Translations under genes and position numbers: made by a program | The notes under the pieces: generated by a model | Databases searched by the model: none | What the model saw: the letters and a program-made list of their open reading frames with translations, nothing else | Told to the model about the DNA's origin: nothing | Shown here: positions 54,331 to 64,000 of the stretch, one piece after another | Layout: each line of letters begins with the position of its first letter | How positions within the stretch are numbered: the stretch's first letter is position 1 | From: an uncultured cyanobacterium | GTDB lineage: Bacteria > Cyanobacteriota > Cyanobacteriia > Cyanobacteriales > Nostocaceae | NCBI GenBank assembly: GCA_963706595.1 | Contig: OY970166.1 | Span: 2,720,001 to 2,784,000 of the forward strand | Direction of reading: 5' to 3' | DNA: 64,000 nt

Positions 54331-55143
54331 ATGAAAACAGACAGCATCTTTTATCGCCTATTTCAAGAATTCCCTAGTATCTTCTTTGAACTGATTGGTA
54401 ATTCTCCTGAAGAAGCTAATAGCTATCAATTTTCTTCAGTTGAAGTTAAACAAACGTCCTTCAGACTTGATGGTGTTTTTCTACCTATACAAACAGTAGA
54501 AAACCCAATTTATTTTGTGGAAGTCCAATTTCAAGCTGATGGTGAAATTTATTCCCGACTGTTTGCGGAAGTATGTTTGTACCTCCGACAAAATAAACCC
54601 CAAAATGACTGGGGTGCTGTGGTGCTATACCCAACCAGGAGTATAGATGTAAGTAGTATTAAACATTACCAGGAGTTTTTCACAAGTCAGCGAGTTAGAA
54701 GGATTTATCTGGATGATTTAGGTGAATCTACGTTGCTACCCATTGGCATTGCTACCATTAAATTAATAATTGCTAACAAAGATCAGGCGATCGCACAAGG
54801 TAAAGAGTTAATCGACAGAACCAAACAAGAAATTAACTCACAGCGTCAACAACAGCAATTATTACAATTAATAGAGACAATCTTGGTTTACAAATTACCC
54901 CAAATGAGTAGGAAGGAGATAGAAGCCATGTTTGGATTAAGCGAGTTAAAGCAAACCAGATTTTATCAGGAAGCCTTTCAAGAAGGCAAGGAAGAAGGCG
55001 AACACAAAGGCGAACGCAAAGCTAAATTAGACTCAATACCCCGTTTATTAGTATTTGGTTTGACTGTAGAGCAAATAGCCGCAGCTTTAGAACTGAGTGT
55101 AGAAGATGTCAGACAGGCTACACAAAAACCTGATAACGACTAA
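54331..55143 (+). CDS. Rpn-family PD-(D/E)XK nuclease (DUF2887 type)
   Basis: MKTDSIFYRLF, RLDG..FVEVQ, EG..EG repeats, C-terminal HTH-like tail. Confidence 0.9.
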   Translation: MKTDSIFYRLFQEFPSIFFELIGNSPEEANSYQFSSVEVKQTSFRLDGVFLPIQTVENPIYFVEVQFQADGEIYSRLFAEVCLYLRQNKPQNDWGAVVLYPTRSIDVSSIKHYQEFFTSQRVRRIYLDDLGESTLLPIGIATIKLIIANKDQAIAQGKELIDRTKQEINSQRQQQQLLQLIETILVYKLPQMSRKEIEAMFGLSELKQTRFYQEAFQEGKEEGEHKGERKAKLDSIPRLLVFGLTVEQIAAALELSVEDVRQATQKPDND

Positions 55144-55146
55144 TAA

Positions 55147-55195
55147 AACCTCAGCGTACCTTTGCGTTAACCTTAGCGCCCCTCTGCGTTAAAAA
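55147..55195 (+). repeat. 49-bp direct repeat, copy 2
   Basis: Identical to 54272..54320. Confidence 0.95.
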
Positions 55196-55308
55196 CTCCA
55201 TCCTCAGAGACTGCAAAAAAGCATAAACTTGAGTTAATTTTTGTTAATATTGGAGACGGTGTTAGTACTTCGTCCTTAACTACCCATACCCTACCTGAGA
55301 GAAACTTG

Positions 55309-57003
55309 ATGCTGCGACTAGAACATATCAGTAAAATTTATCCTACAGGCGAAGTTCTCAAAGATATCAACTGGGAAGTCAAACCAGGGGAGCGCATTGG
55401 CTTAGTCGGTGTGAACGGTGCGGGAAAATCCACTCAGCTAAAAATTATCACTGGGGAAATTGAACCCACCGCCGGCGAAATCATTCGTCCCAACAGTTTG
55501 CACATAGCCTACCTCAACCAAGAGTTTGAAGTAGATCCCGGCCGCACAGTTAGAGAAGAATTTTGGATCGTCTTTGAAGAAGCCAACCAAGTACAAATGT
55601 CGCTGGCGCAAGTACAGCGCGATATGGAAACGGCTACCCCAGAAGAACTGGATAAACTGATTGACAAACTAGATCGCTTACAGCGTCAATTTGAAGCCCT
55701 GGATGGCTATAACTTAGACGCACGCATCGGGAAAATTTTACCAGAAATGGGGTTTGATTCCGAAGATGGCGATCGCCTCGTCAGTGCTTTCTCCGGTGGT
55801 TGGCAAATGCGGATGAGTTTAGGTAAAATTCTCCTGCAAAAACCCGACTTATTACTACTGGACGAACCGACAAACCATTTAGACTTAGAAACCATTGAGT
55901 GGCTAGAGAATTACCTCAAAAACCTTAATACTCCAATGGTCATAGTTTCCCATGACCGGGAATTCCTTGACCGCCTCTGCACCCACATTGTAGAAACTGA
56001 ACGTGGTGTTTCTGCTACATACCTGGGTAACTATTCAGCATACCTAGAACAAAAAGCAGAAAATCAACTAGCACAACTAAGCGCCTACGAACGCCAGCAG
56101 AAAGAATTAGAGAAACAGCAAACATTTGTTGACCGATTTCGCGCCAGTGCGACTCGCAGTACCCAGGCGAAAAGCCGGGAAAAACAACTAGAAAAAATCG
56201 AGCGCATTGACGCACCTGTGGCGGGGATGAAAACCCTGCACTTCCGCTTTCCGCCTGCACCTCGTAGTGGCAGAGAAGTAGTAGAAATTAAAGATTTAAC
56301 TCATGTCTATGATGATAAAATCTTATTCTTAGCCACAAATTTATTAATTGAAAGAGGCGATCGCATTGCCTTTCTCGGTCCCAATGGTGCGGGAAAATCT
56401 ACGCTTTTACGGGTGATTATGGGTATGGAACCACCCACAGAAGGCATTGCCAAATTAGGCGATCATAATGTACTTCCCGGCTACTTTGAGCAAAATCAAG
56501 CCGAAGCTTTAGATTTAAAGAAAACAGTCATGGAAACCATCCATGATGAAGTTCCCGACTGGACAAACGAAGAAGTCCGCAGGCTTTTGGGACGGTTTTT
56601 GTTCACAGGTGAGACAGCATTTAAGCCAGTAGGTGCATTAAGTGGCGGAGAAAAAGCTCGTTTAGCATTAGCGAAAATGCTGTTACGTCCAGCCAATCTG
56701 CTGATTTTAGATGAGCCGACAAACCACTTAGATATTCCAGCTAAAGAAATGTTGGAAGAATCGTTACAGAACTATGATGGCACTGCCATTGTAGTTTCCC
56801 ACGACCGTTATTTTATCTCGCAAGTAGCTAACAAAATCGTCGAAATCCGCGACGGTGAATTTCGTGTCTACTTAGGAGACTATCATTATTACCTGGATAA
56901 AATTGCCGAAGAAAAGGAACAAGCTAAATTAGCTGCAATCGCTGCCGAAAAAGCTGCTAAAAAAGCTGCTAAAGCTAGTAAATCTTCTGGAAAAGGCAAA
57001 TGA
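55309..57003 (+). CDS. ABC-F family ATPase
   Basis: Two ABC domains (GVNGAGKST, GPNGAGKST; LDEPTNHLD twice), no TM segments. Confidence 0.95.
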   Translation: MLRLEHISKIYPTGEVLKDINWEVKPGERIGLVGVNGAGKSTQLKIITGEIEPTAGEIIRPNSLHIAYLNQEFEVDPGRTVREEFWIVFEEANQVQMSLAQVQRDMETATPEELDKLIDKLDRLQRQFEALDGYNLDARIGKILPEMGFDSEDGDRLVSAFSGGWQMRMSLGKILLQKPDLLLLDEPTNHLDLETIEWLENYLKNLNTPMVIVSHDREFLDRLCTHIVETERGVSATYLGNYSAYLEQKAENQLAQLSAYERQQKELEKQQTFVDRFRASATRSTQAKSREKQLEKIERIDAPVAGMKTLHFRFPPAPRSGREVVEIKDLTHVYDDKILFLATNLLIERGDRIAFLGPNGAGKSTLLRVIMGMEPPTEGIAKLGDHNVLPGYFEQNQAEALDLKKTVMETIHDEVPDWTNEEVRRLLGRFLFTGETAFKPVGALSGGEKARLALAKMLLRPANLLILDEPTNHLDIPAKEMLEESLQNYDGTAIVVSHDRYFISQVANKIVEIRDGEFRVYLGDYHYYLDKIAEEKEQAKLAAIAAEKAAKKAAKASKSSGKGK

Positions 57004-57150
57004 TCAACTGCCTAGTAGTGGCCTTAAAAGGTAACAACTAACTATGGAAAAGAATGTAAATAAAATCAGCTAATCAGCATAAATTCACTTGCGCTGATGA
57101 TTAGCAGTGGTATCATTCGGATATTACAAAAAGTAAAGGGCAATTTTACT

Positions 57151-58749
57151 ATGACCAAAGCACCTGTTGCGCCTGTGGTGCTAGTCATTTTAGACGGGTG
57201 GGGCTACTGCGAGGAGAAGCGAGGAAACGCAATTGTCGCTGCTAAAACTCCCATTGTGGAAAGCTTATGGACAGCTTACCCGCACACCCTCATCAGCACA
57301 TCAGGAAAAGCCGTAGGGTTGCCAGAAGGTCAGATGGGCAACTCGGAAGTGGGTCATTTGAACATTGGCGCTGGGCGAGTAGTACCTCAAGAATTGGTAC
57401 GCATCTCAGATGCCGTGGAAGATGGTTCTATCCTCAAAAACCCCGCACTTGTCAAAATTTGCCAGAAAGTTCGCTCTGGGAATGGCAAGCTGCATCTGGT
57501 GGGACTTTGTTCGGAGGGAGGGGTACACTCTCATCTCAGCCATCTCTTCGGACTACTGGACTTAGCCAAGGAACAGGAAATTTCACAAGTGTGTATCCAT
57601 GCCATCACCGATGGTCGTGATACTGCCCCCACTGAGGGTATAAAAGCAATCAAGTTATTGCAGGATCAGATAGATCAGAAAGGCATTGGTCGCATAGTCA
57701 CCTTAAGTGGTCGTTACTACGCGATGGATCGGGATCACCGTTGGGATCGGGTAGAACGTGCCTACAAAGTGATGACACAAGATACTGCGGTTGATGGTCG
57801 TCAGGCTGGGGAAATCTTAGAAGCATCTTATGCTGAAGGTGTGAAGGATGAGTTTATCAATCCAGTCCGCATTGCCCCTGGCGCAATAGAACCAGGGGAC
57901 GGTGTGATATTCTTTAACTTCCGCCCAGACCGCGCTAGACAGTTGACTCAAGCTTTTGTCAGCCCTAAATTTACAGGCTTTGAAAGAAAGCAAATTCAGC
58001 CGTTGTCCTTTGCTACCTTTACTCAATACGATTCAGAACTACCAGTAGATGTAGCCTTTGAACCGCAAAATTTGAGTAATATTTTAGGTGAAGTAATTGC
58101 TAATCATGGTTTGCAGCAATTCCGCACGGCTGAAACGGAGAAATACGCCCACGTCACCTATTTCTTTAATGGGGGACTAGAGGAACCTTTGCCTGGGGAA
58201 GACCGAGAACTCGTAAGTAGTCCAATGGTAGCAACTTACGACAAAGCCCCGAAGATGTCAGCAGAAGCTGTTACAGATGTGGCGATCGCAGCAATCAAAA
58301 AGGGTGTGTATACTTTAGTAGTGATTAACTATGCTAACCCAGACATGGTAGGGCATACTGGTCAAATAGAAGCCACGGTGACAGCGATTGAAACAGTGGA
58401 TCGCTGTTTGGGGAGATTACTCACCAGCATTAGCAAAGCCGGAGGTACAGCCATGATTACTGCTGACCACGGTAACGCCGAGTATATGCTAGATGAAGAA
58501 GGTAATCCCTGGACAGCTCACACAACTAATCCAGTCCCCTTCATTTTAGTGGAAGGAGAGACTGTAAAAATCCCTGGACATGGTACAAATGTGGCACTGC
58601 GAAGCGATGGCAAGTTAGCCGACATTGCACCCACCATACTAGAGATTTTACAGCTGCCGCAACCGTCAGAAATGACAGGGCGATCGCTATTGACACCAGC
58701 CGGATATGATGTGGAACGCACTCGGACTCCCGTTGAAGCTGGTATGTAA
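57151..58749 (+). CDS. gpmI: 2,3-bisphosphoglycerate-independent phosphoglycerate mutase
   Basis: LVILDGWG, QMGNSEVGH, ETEKYAHVT, DMVGHTG. Confidence 0.98.
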   Translation: MTKAPVAPVVLVILDGWGYCEEKRGNAIVAAKTPIVESLWTAYPHTLISTSGKAVGLPEGQMGNSEVGHLNIGAGRVVPQELVRISDAVEDGSILKNPALVKICQKVRSGNGKLHLVGLCSEGGVHSHLSHLFGLLDLAKEQEISQVCIHAITDGRDTAPTEGIKAIKLLQDQIDQKGIGRIVTLSGRYYAMDRDHRWDRVERAYKVMTQDTAVDGRQAGEILEASYAEGVKDEFINPVRIAPGAIEPGDGVIFFNFRPDRARQLTQAFVSPKFTGFERKQIQPLSFATFTQYDSELPVDVAFEPQNLSNILGEVIANHGLQQFRTAETEKYAHVTYFFNGGLEEPLPGEDRELVSSPMVATYDKAPKMSAEAVTDVAIAAIKKGVYTLVVINYANPDMVGHTGQIEATVTAIETVDRCLGRLLTSISKAGGTAMITADHGNAEYMLDEEGNPWTAHTTNPVPFILVEGETVKIPGHGTNVALRSDGKLADIAPTILEILQLPQPSEMTGRSLLTPAGYDVERTRTPVEAGM

Positions 58750-58836
58750 CATAGCTGAGGAGTGAAGAGTCTTTTCACTCCTCGCTTTCGACTTTTGATC
58801 CAAATTTGAAATTTGTTATAAGAGAGATTCTTAACT

Positions 58837-59070
58837 ATGACAGCTACTACTATTGTGCAAGGTGTTTGGGCCCTTTCTGCTTTAGGTTTAATTATTTTGG
58901 TGCTACTACATAGCCCCAAAGGTGATGGAATTGGTGCTATTGGCGGACAAGCCCAATTATTCAGCAGTACCAAGAGTGCAGAAGACACCTTAAACCGTGT
59001 TACCTGGGCGCTAACAGTCATGTTTATGGGTTTAACGGTGGTTTTGAGTGCAGGTTGGCTACCTAAGTAA
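58837..59070 (+). CDS. secG: preprotein translocase subunit SecG
   Basis: LLHSPKGDG..LNRVTW; follows gpmI. Confidence 0.95.
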   Translation: MTATTIVQGVWALSALGLIILVLLHSPKGDGIGAIGGQAQLFSSTKSAEDTLNRVTWALTVMFMGLTVVLSAGWLPK

Positions 59071-59088
59071 AAATAAGGGAATAGGATA

Positions 59089-59847
59089 ATGGGAAATAAA
59101 AATCAATACCCAAAACCTAAAACCCGCAAAAGTTTCAATAGACGACGGTTACTAGCAGTTCTGTCCTTATTAATTGGGGCAGGACTGCTAGTTATTTTTA
59201 CTAACCTGCCATCTAATGCTGTAATACAAAGCACCTCTATCTCCTCATCTCCCCATCCTCTACCGCCCACACTGGCGCAATGGCAAGATCATACAAATAG
59301 TGGTGATTACTTTTCCCAAGTGCAAAAAACACAGGTAGGTTATTTAGTCTGGTCGCAATTTCCGGTTAAAGTATATGTAGAGATGCCACAATCAGCAAGT
59401 AATACCCAGGCTCAAGCATGGTTTAGCAGTGTCTTAGAGACTGTGAAAGAGTGGAGTGCTTATTTGCCCTTAGTGGTAGTGGAACAACCAGATATTGCTG
59501 ATATTACGATTTTGCGAAAAGCACCACCTTTGCAATTTTCCCGTGATGGTAATTTTCCTCGTGCGCGTTCTGCACAAGCTACTTATGAGTTATATACCAG
59601 GAATAATATTTTATCCCACCGCTTCACCATTTTATTGAGTCCTACTCAAACAGGTGTATTTCTCAAAGCAGCCTCCCGCCATGAACTTGGTCATGCTTTA
59701 GGAATTTGGGGTCATAGTGATTTACCAACTGATGCTTTATACTTTTCCCAAGTTCGCAACCCTCCTCCTATTTCTCCCAGAGATGTGAATACTCTCAAGC
59801 GGGTTTATGAACAGCCTACCAATTTGGGATGGTCTTTAAACAAATAG
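59089..59847 (+). CDS. zinc metallopeptidase (matrixin-like)
   Basis: N-terminal TM; HELGHALGIWGH. Confidence 0.9.
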   Translation: MGNKNQYPKPKTRKSFNRRRLLAVLSLLIGAGLLVIFTNLPSNAVIQSTSISSSPHPLPPTLAQWQDHTNSGDYFSQVQKTQVGYLVWSQFPVKVYVEMPQSASNTQAQAWFSSVLETVKEWSAYLPLVVVEQPDIADITILRKAPPLQFSRDGNFPRARSAQATYELYTRNNILSHRFTILLSPTQTGVFLKAASRHELGHALGIWGHSDLPTDALYFSQVRNPPPISPRDVNTLKRVYEQPTNLGWSLNK

Positions 59848-60000
59848 TTATAGATAGCATCACCGTGCTAATTGCTACCCAACTATAATCAGAAGTATAT
59901 TGCTTTTGAGTTTGGTGGTCATTCGGTTTGAAATAAAAGCTTTGAGATTAGCACTAAAGATAATAAACTTGGATTGAGAAAATTAAAAATATTATTGTAT

Positions 60001-60600
60001 TTATAATGTTTCTTTTCTAGAATAAACAGAGATTAAACGATGTCGAACCAAGTAGTCAATTTGGTAAATAAGCGCTCCTTGAATTAACCACATCAAACCA
60101 AATATTACTATGATTGTCTCTTCAAATGGTGTGTAGCTTTCAACAGCCTTTGCATAATTAAGTTGAAATAAAGGTAAAACAATAGTGCCAACTAAAAAAC
60201 TTGTCAGCGTAGATAAAGTAATTACAAGCCAAGCATATATCCCTTCCCACCAACTCATTAATTTTGGGATTAATCCTTTTACAACACCTATTTCTGGTGC
60301 TTGAATTTCCGGAATAAAACGACTGAAAATTAAATGCAAAAAGTGATGGGTAAAGGCAATAATTGCAATTGGGCAGAGAAGAGTTATTATTATGAATATA
60401 ACCAGGATTTCGGGACTACTTGCAAAATAAGCAACATTGTAGCCTACTTTTACTAAAATCTCAGCTACAAATATAATCACTCGGAGAAATATTATCAAAA
60501 TCAATGATTTTAACCAACAGCTAGGGTAAGGTAGCCATGCAGGCCAACGAGACTTTTGAGATTTTTGCTTTTTTGGTTCCACAATATTTGGTTTTGTCAT
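60001..60600 (-). CDS. hypothetical membrane protein
   Basis: 199 aa, about 4 TM segments. Confidence 0.75.
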   Translation of the reverse strand: MTKPNIVEPKKQKSQKSRWPAWLPYPSCWLKSLILIIFLRVIIFVAEILVKVGYNVAYFASSPEILVIFIIITLLCPIAIIAFTHHFLHLIFSRFIPEIQAPEIGVVKGLIPKLMSWWEGIYAWLVITLSTLTSFLVGTIVLPLFQLNYAKAVESYTPFEETIIVIFGLMWLIQGALIYQIDYLVRHRLISVYSRKETL

Positions 60601-60848
60601 ATCAATAAGGGTAAGATTAAAGAAAATAAATTTCTAAACTTAATATTCCCTTTTTATAACCGTAAATATCATTTTTAAATGCTTAGATTTTAATGCTGCT
60701 TAATACATTAGATGTTCTCAACAAAAAAGTAGGGACATTTCAGAGAAAGTCCCTACAAGGGTTTTAGAAAAAGCATATTTAAATGTTGTCGATGTCTGGC
60801 GAATTTTAGAAATATTGTATTAGGATAGGCATTGCCTACCCTCTTTGA

Positions 60849-61817
60849 TTAAACGCGACGCAGACTTAGTAGTTCTTCAGGAGAAGCCAGCATATCAATC
60901 GCTACGAAGAAAATTTTGCCTTCGGGATTGATTAAGAACCGCCAAGCAATATTCATACCCACGGTAACACCGAACCAAGGAGTTTGCACAACACCTGTAA
61001 TTTTAAGTTGCTTAGAACCATCAGGCTGATCTTCACAGATACCTTGTTTTGGCATCATGTTCAGTCCTTGAGCTTCTTCGCGCATATATTTGGCGATCGC
61101 TTCAGGCCCTACAATCGGTTTTTGGAATGGTGGTTGTAGCGCACCTTCAGCAGTAAACAGACTAATAGCTTTATCAAAGTCGTCAGCATTCATCGCTTCA
61201 ATATAGCTCAGTACAGCAGGCTCTGTAACGCCATCAATTTTGACTGAGGAGATAGATGGAGAAGTCCGAGCAAATGCCGGTTCCTCAGCAGCCTTGGGAT
61301 AGCTACTTGGTCCCAAATCAGAGGTATCAAAACCCATATTTACTACAGTGTTCCGTAGCACTGTAATTTGCTGACCTGGATCAAGTTTTTTGGTAGCGTC
61401 TAGCACTACTTGTACACCAGGAGTCATTTGATAACCACTGGGGATAGGAGCAACTACACCCTGCTTCATCAATTCGCCTAACTCGTACCAAAAAGCCAGC
61501 TTGGTATTAACACTGAAAAAGCCATAAGAACGGCTGATAGGAGCGTCAGCACGACTAGCAAGATCCCGCATCACTTGGGTTTGCTCTTCAGAAGACATTT
61601 TCTTAATTTGGGTGAGCAAACTTTCTGCTAGTTGCAGACGTGCGGCTCCAGGAGCTGCGGGAGTAATTGTCTTACCCATTTCAGTGTAAGCGTACCAAAG
61701 ATATGCCAGTTGGTCATCCACACCGAGTTGATCGAACAGAGCGATGGTAGCGGGAATCGGGCTGGGAACCTGAGTATTAGAGAAGATATTCTGAGCGGAC
61801 TGAATAGTTAAAGCCAT
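60849..61817 (-). CDS. ocp: orange carotenoid protein, full length, probably OCPx clade
   Basis: N-terminal domain AYTEMGKTITPAAPGAA, NTKLAFWY, QQITVLR; NTF2-like C-terminal domain LQPPF, VQTPWFG, IDMLASP. Confidence 0.93.
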   Translation of the reverse strand: MALTIQSAQNIFSNTQVPSPIPATIALFDQLGVDDQLAYLWYAYTEMGKTITPAAPGAARLQLAESLLTQIKKMSSEEQTQVMRDLASRADAPISRSYGFFSVNTKLAFWYELGELMKQGVVAPIPSGYQMTPGVQVVLDATKKLDPGQQITVLRNTVVNMGFDTSDLGPSSYPKAAEEPAFARTSPSISSVKIDGVTEPAVLSYIEAMNADDFDKAISLFTAEGALQPPFQKPIVGPEAIAKYMREEAQGLNMMPKQGICEDQPDGSKQLKITGVVQTPWFGVTVGMNIAWRFLINPEGKIFFVAIDMLASPEELLSLRRV

Positions 61818-61845
61818 ATTCAAAATTAATCAGAGGTTTAGCTGC

Positions 61846-61863
61846 TATGTAAAAAATTGTAAA
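61846..61863 (-). promoter_or_regulatory. HLR1 (RpaB) site upstream of ocp
   Basis: Minus strand TTTACAAT-TT-TTTACATA, exact consensus. Confidence 0.65.
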
Positions 61864-61919
61864 TTAAATCTTAAACTTTGTAAAGTTATTTAGTTAAAAC
61901 TTGACATACGCCTGTAAAA

Positions 61920-61933
61920 GTAACGTCTCATAC
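61920..61933. promoter_or_regulatory. NtcA-like box upstream of ocp
   Basis: GTA-ACGTCTCA-TAC. Confidence 0.4.
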
Positions 61934-62143
61934 AGTATTACAGGGAAAAAACACAATAAATCTAGGCGATCGCGATTAATCCCCTAGATGAACTATATCA
62001 ATAACTGGTTATTCAGTAGTTATTGATATAGTTGTTGAGGATGTATACCTCGGCTTACGGGTACGCCACACCAGCTATTGTGAGTGTAGTTAACTAAGGA
62101 CTAATGAATAAGGACTAATGACTCCGCGTAGCGGATTGATATT

Positions 62144-63289
62144 TTATGCCCTACGACTCAGAGGTAGAGGCCACTGTGCTAAAACTTCTTTGTATAATTC
62201 TTCTAGCTGAGTAATATTTTTACTGAGGGTATAGCGGTCTAGTACACGCTGTCTGGCTTTTTGTCCCAGTAAGGTAGTTAACTCCGGATGGTCTTGAAAT
62301 AATGGTAAAAGAGTTCTTAATTGCGATCGCGCTGTCTTAGTATTCAATACTACACCTGCCCCTGCCTCTAACACTTCACCGTCTGCACCCACATCTGTGG
62401 CTAAACAAGCTATACCACAAGACATTGCTTCTAACAGAGACAGAGACAAGCCCTCAACTAATGAAGGCAAAATAAAGACATCAGCACCCCGTAAAATCTC
62501 TATCCGGCGCTGTTCATCAGCCACAAATCCCAACCAGATAATGCCGGCATCTGAACCATAAAATGGTTCCAAAGAAGACTTCAACGGACCATCACCCACC
62601 ATCAGCAACTTACTACCAGCCCTCATCTGTGATTGTTTCCAAGCCCGCAGAAGAGATTCCACGTTTTTTTCTGGCGCTATGCGACCTTGATAAACAAACA
62701 AACGTTCCGCTTTAAACTCGGCTTTGATTGTAGACTTTCCTGGAGAAAACTTGGCAGTATCAACCCCATTGGGAATCACGGCAATTTTCTTGTCCTTCAC
62801 ACCCAGACTTGCTAATAACTCGCGCTGAATTTGGGAAAACACAATCACGCGGTCGTATTTCCCCAAACAAGGCGCGTAGAGTTGATAAGCTAACATCTGT
62901 GTACCCGATACAAATTTTGCCCCCTTCCCCGCAAACGCTGTGTGAAAAGTGGCAATCAGAGGCAAATTCAATTGCTCGCAGATTTCCGGTAGCATAAAGT
63001 CCAGGGGCGATAAACTTAGAGAAGCATGGACTATATCCGGCTGGATTTTCCGGAGCGAATCAGTTAATACCTTGGTGGCTTTAAAACTGGGAATTGTATA
63101 AACTTGGGATTTATAAATAAACGGTAGGGAAACTTCTTGGAAATTTGGCCAATTATCGGGTTCAGATTCTTCTTGGGCGAAGTGGAGAAAACTAACTTCG
63201 TGTTCCCGGTGCAAGGCATTTGTAACTTCTCGACTGTAGGTGACGTTACCACAAAAGGGTGATTTCTTTCCAATCCAGGCTATACGCAT
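62144..63289 (-). CDS. dgdA: GT4 glycosyltransferase, probable digalactosyldiacylglycerol synthase
   Basis: MRIAWIGKKSPFCGNVTY, GRIAPEKN, EGLSLSLLEAM; downstream of an MFS gene. Confidence 0.78.
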   Translation of the reverse strand: MRIAWIGKKSPFCGNVTYSREVTNALHREHEVSFLHFAQEESEPDNWPNFQEVSLPFIYKSQVYTIPSFKATKVLTDSLRKIQPDIVHASLSLSPLDFMLPEICEQLNLPLIATFHTAFAGKGAKFVSGTQMLAYQLYAPCLGKYDRVIVFSQIQRELLASLGVKDKKIAVIPNGVDTAKFSPGKSTIKAEFKAERLFVYQGRIAPEKNVESLLRAWKQSQMRAGSKLLMVGDGPLKSSLEPFYGSDAGIIWLGFVADEQRRIEILRGADVFILPSLVEGLSLSLLEAMSCGIACLATDVGADGEVLEAGAGVVLNTKTARSQLRTLLPLFQDHPELTTLLGQKARQRVLDRYTLSKNITQLEELYKEVLAQWPLPLSRRA

Positions 63290-63640
63290 TCTTTGTTAGC
63301 TATCAGAAAAGCGGGTTTGATAAATCAATTTTTTAGTTGCTTGTCTTTGATCCTGTTGTAATTTTGGGCTGTTTAGGTTGCATAAAACTCCACACTACTC
63401 CAGTCAATAAGCCAAGCTTTATTACTATTAAACCAGTGTATTGCCGGATTTAACCTCTAATTATTGAGTTGTGAATAACTATATTTTAATAAAGATTTTG
63501 TCTCGCTCATATCAAATTGATACTCAGCAAGTCTATGATAGATTTTGGCTGGATTTAGTTTAGCACGAAAGCACAATCTTTCAGGAAATTGGTGTTCCCA
63601 GTCATGTATTGAATTATATCTTCTTGAAGTCTGATCACTA

Positions 63641-64000
63641 CTAATGGGAGTTATAAAAAGTTAATATACCTCCTGAAAAGACAGTCACAGCTAATACCAA
63701 GAAAACGGCTTGTAATCCCATAAAGGTTTCAGCTACGCCGGCTAATGCTAATGGTAAAGTTAAGGCAATATTAATAACATTATTTTGCAAACCAAATACC
63801 TTACCACGCATATCTGGAGGGGTTTCTGTTTGAATAGTGGTTTGCATAGGAATACCGACTAGCGCCCCAAACACACCCAAAAAGGCGATTAAAATCAGAA
63901 TTATCCAGAGTTGTGTCGTGAATATAGACAGACCAATCAGACATCCTGCCATACCTAAGCAACCGCATAGACTAAGTTGGGAGTAGGAGAAGCGTTGACC
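63641..64000 (-). CDS. MFS transporter, 3' part (truncated by the window)
   Basis: MQTTIQ..PPDMRGKVFG and hydrophobic helices. Confidence 0.85.
   Translation of the reverse strand, partial: GQRFSYSQLSLCGCLGMAGCLIGLSIFTTQLWIILILIAFLGVFGALVGIPMQTTIQTETPPDMRGKVFGLQNNVINIALTLPLALAGVAETFMGLQAVFLVLAVTVFSGGILTFYNSH

Noticed and set aside
58518..59021. 167-aa minus-strand ORF across gpmI/secG; likewise 44663..45118 across rpsM/rpsK
   Set aside because: Overlaps well-supported genes; shadow or alternative-frame ORFs

Overview
This is a chromosomal window from a filamentous cyanobacterium, probably Nostocales, judging by abundant HIP1 (GCGATCGC) sites, heptamer STRR repeats and the gene set. Core genes: thrB, ndhD, a PatA-type regulator, the ycf46/ycf35 operon, sqdB-sqdX, purC, the omp85-lpxC-fabZ-lpxA-lpxB operon, a CGATCG-type C5 methyltransferase, nfi, nrtS, ndhN, the large ribosomal cluster rplC..prfA (with secY, adk, infA, rpoA, truA), an ABC-F protein, gpmI, secG, an OCPx-like orange carotenoid protein, probable dgdA and a truncated MFS gene. 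At least 14 apparent frameshifts fall between about 12.1 and 22.4 kb and are probably sequence errors. Best leads: (1) a ~680-nt hairpin-dense putative leader upstream of rplC; (2) an FHA/zinc-ribbon gene next to an FHA-flavoprotein fusion; (3) a defence-like islet after prfA with an XRE pair, a DUF29 stub, an MmeI-like R-M enzyme and an Rpn nuclease that is bracketed by identical 49-bp direct repeats and carries an internal SD+ATG; (4) a stand-alone Ntox50-like toxin with an overlapping partner gene; (5) nested MITE/SDR-like miniature elements. No CRISPR array, rRNA or tRNA was recognised. All family assignments come from recalled motifs, not database searches.
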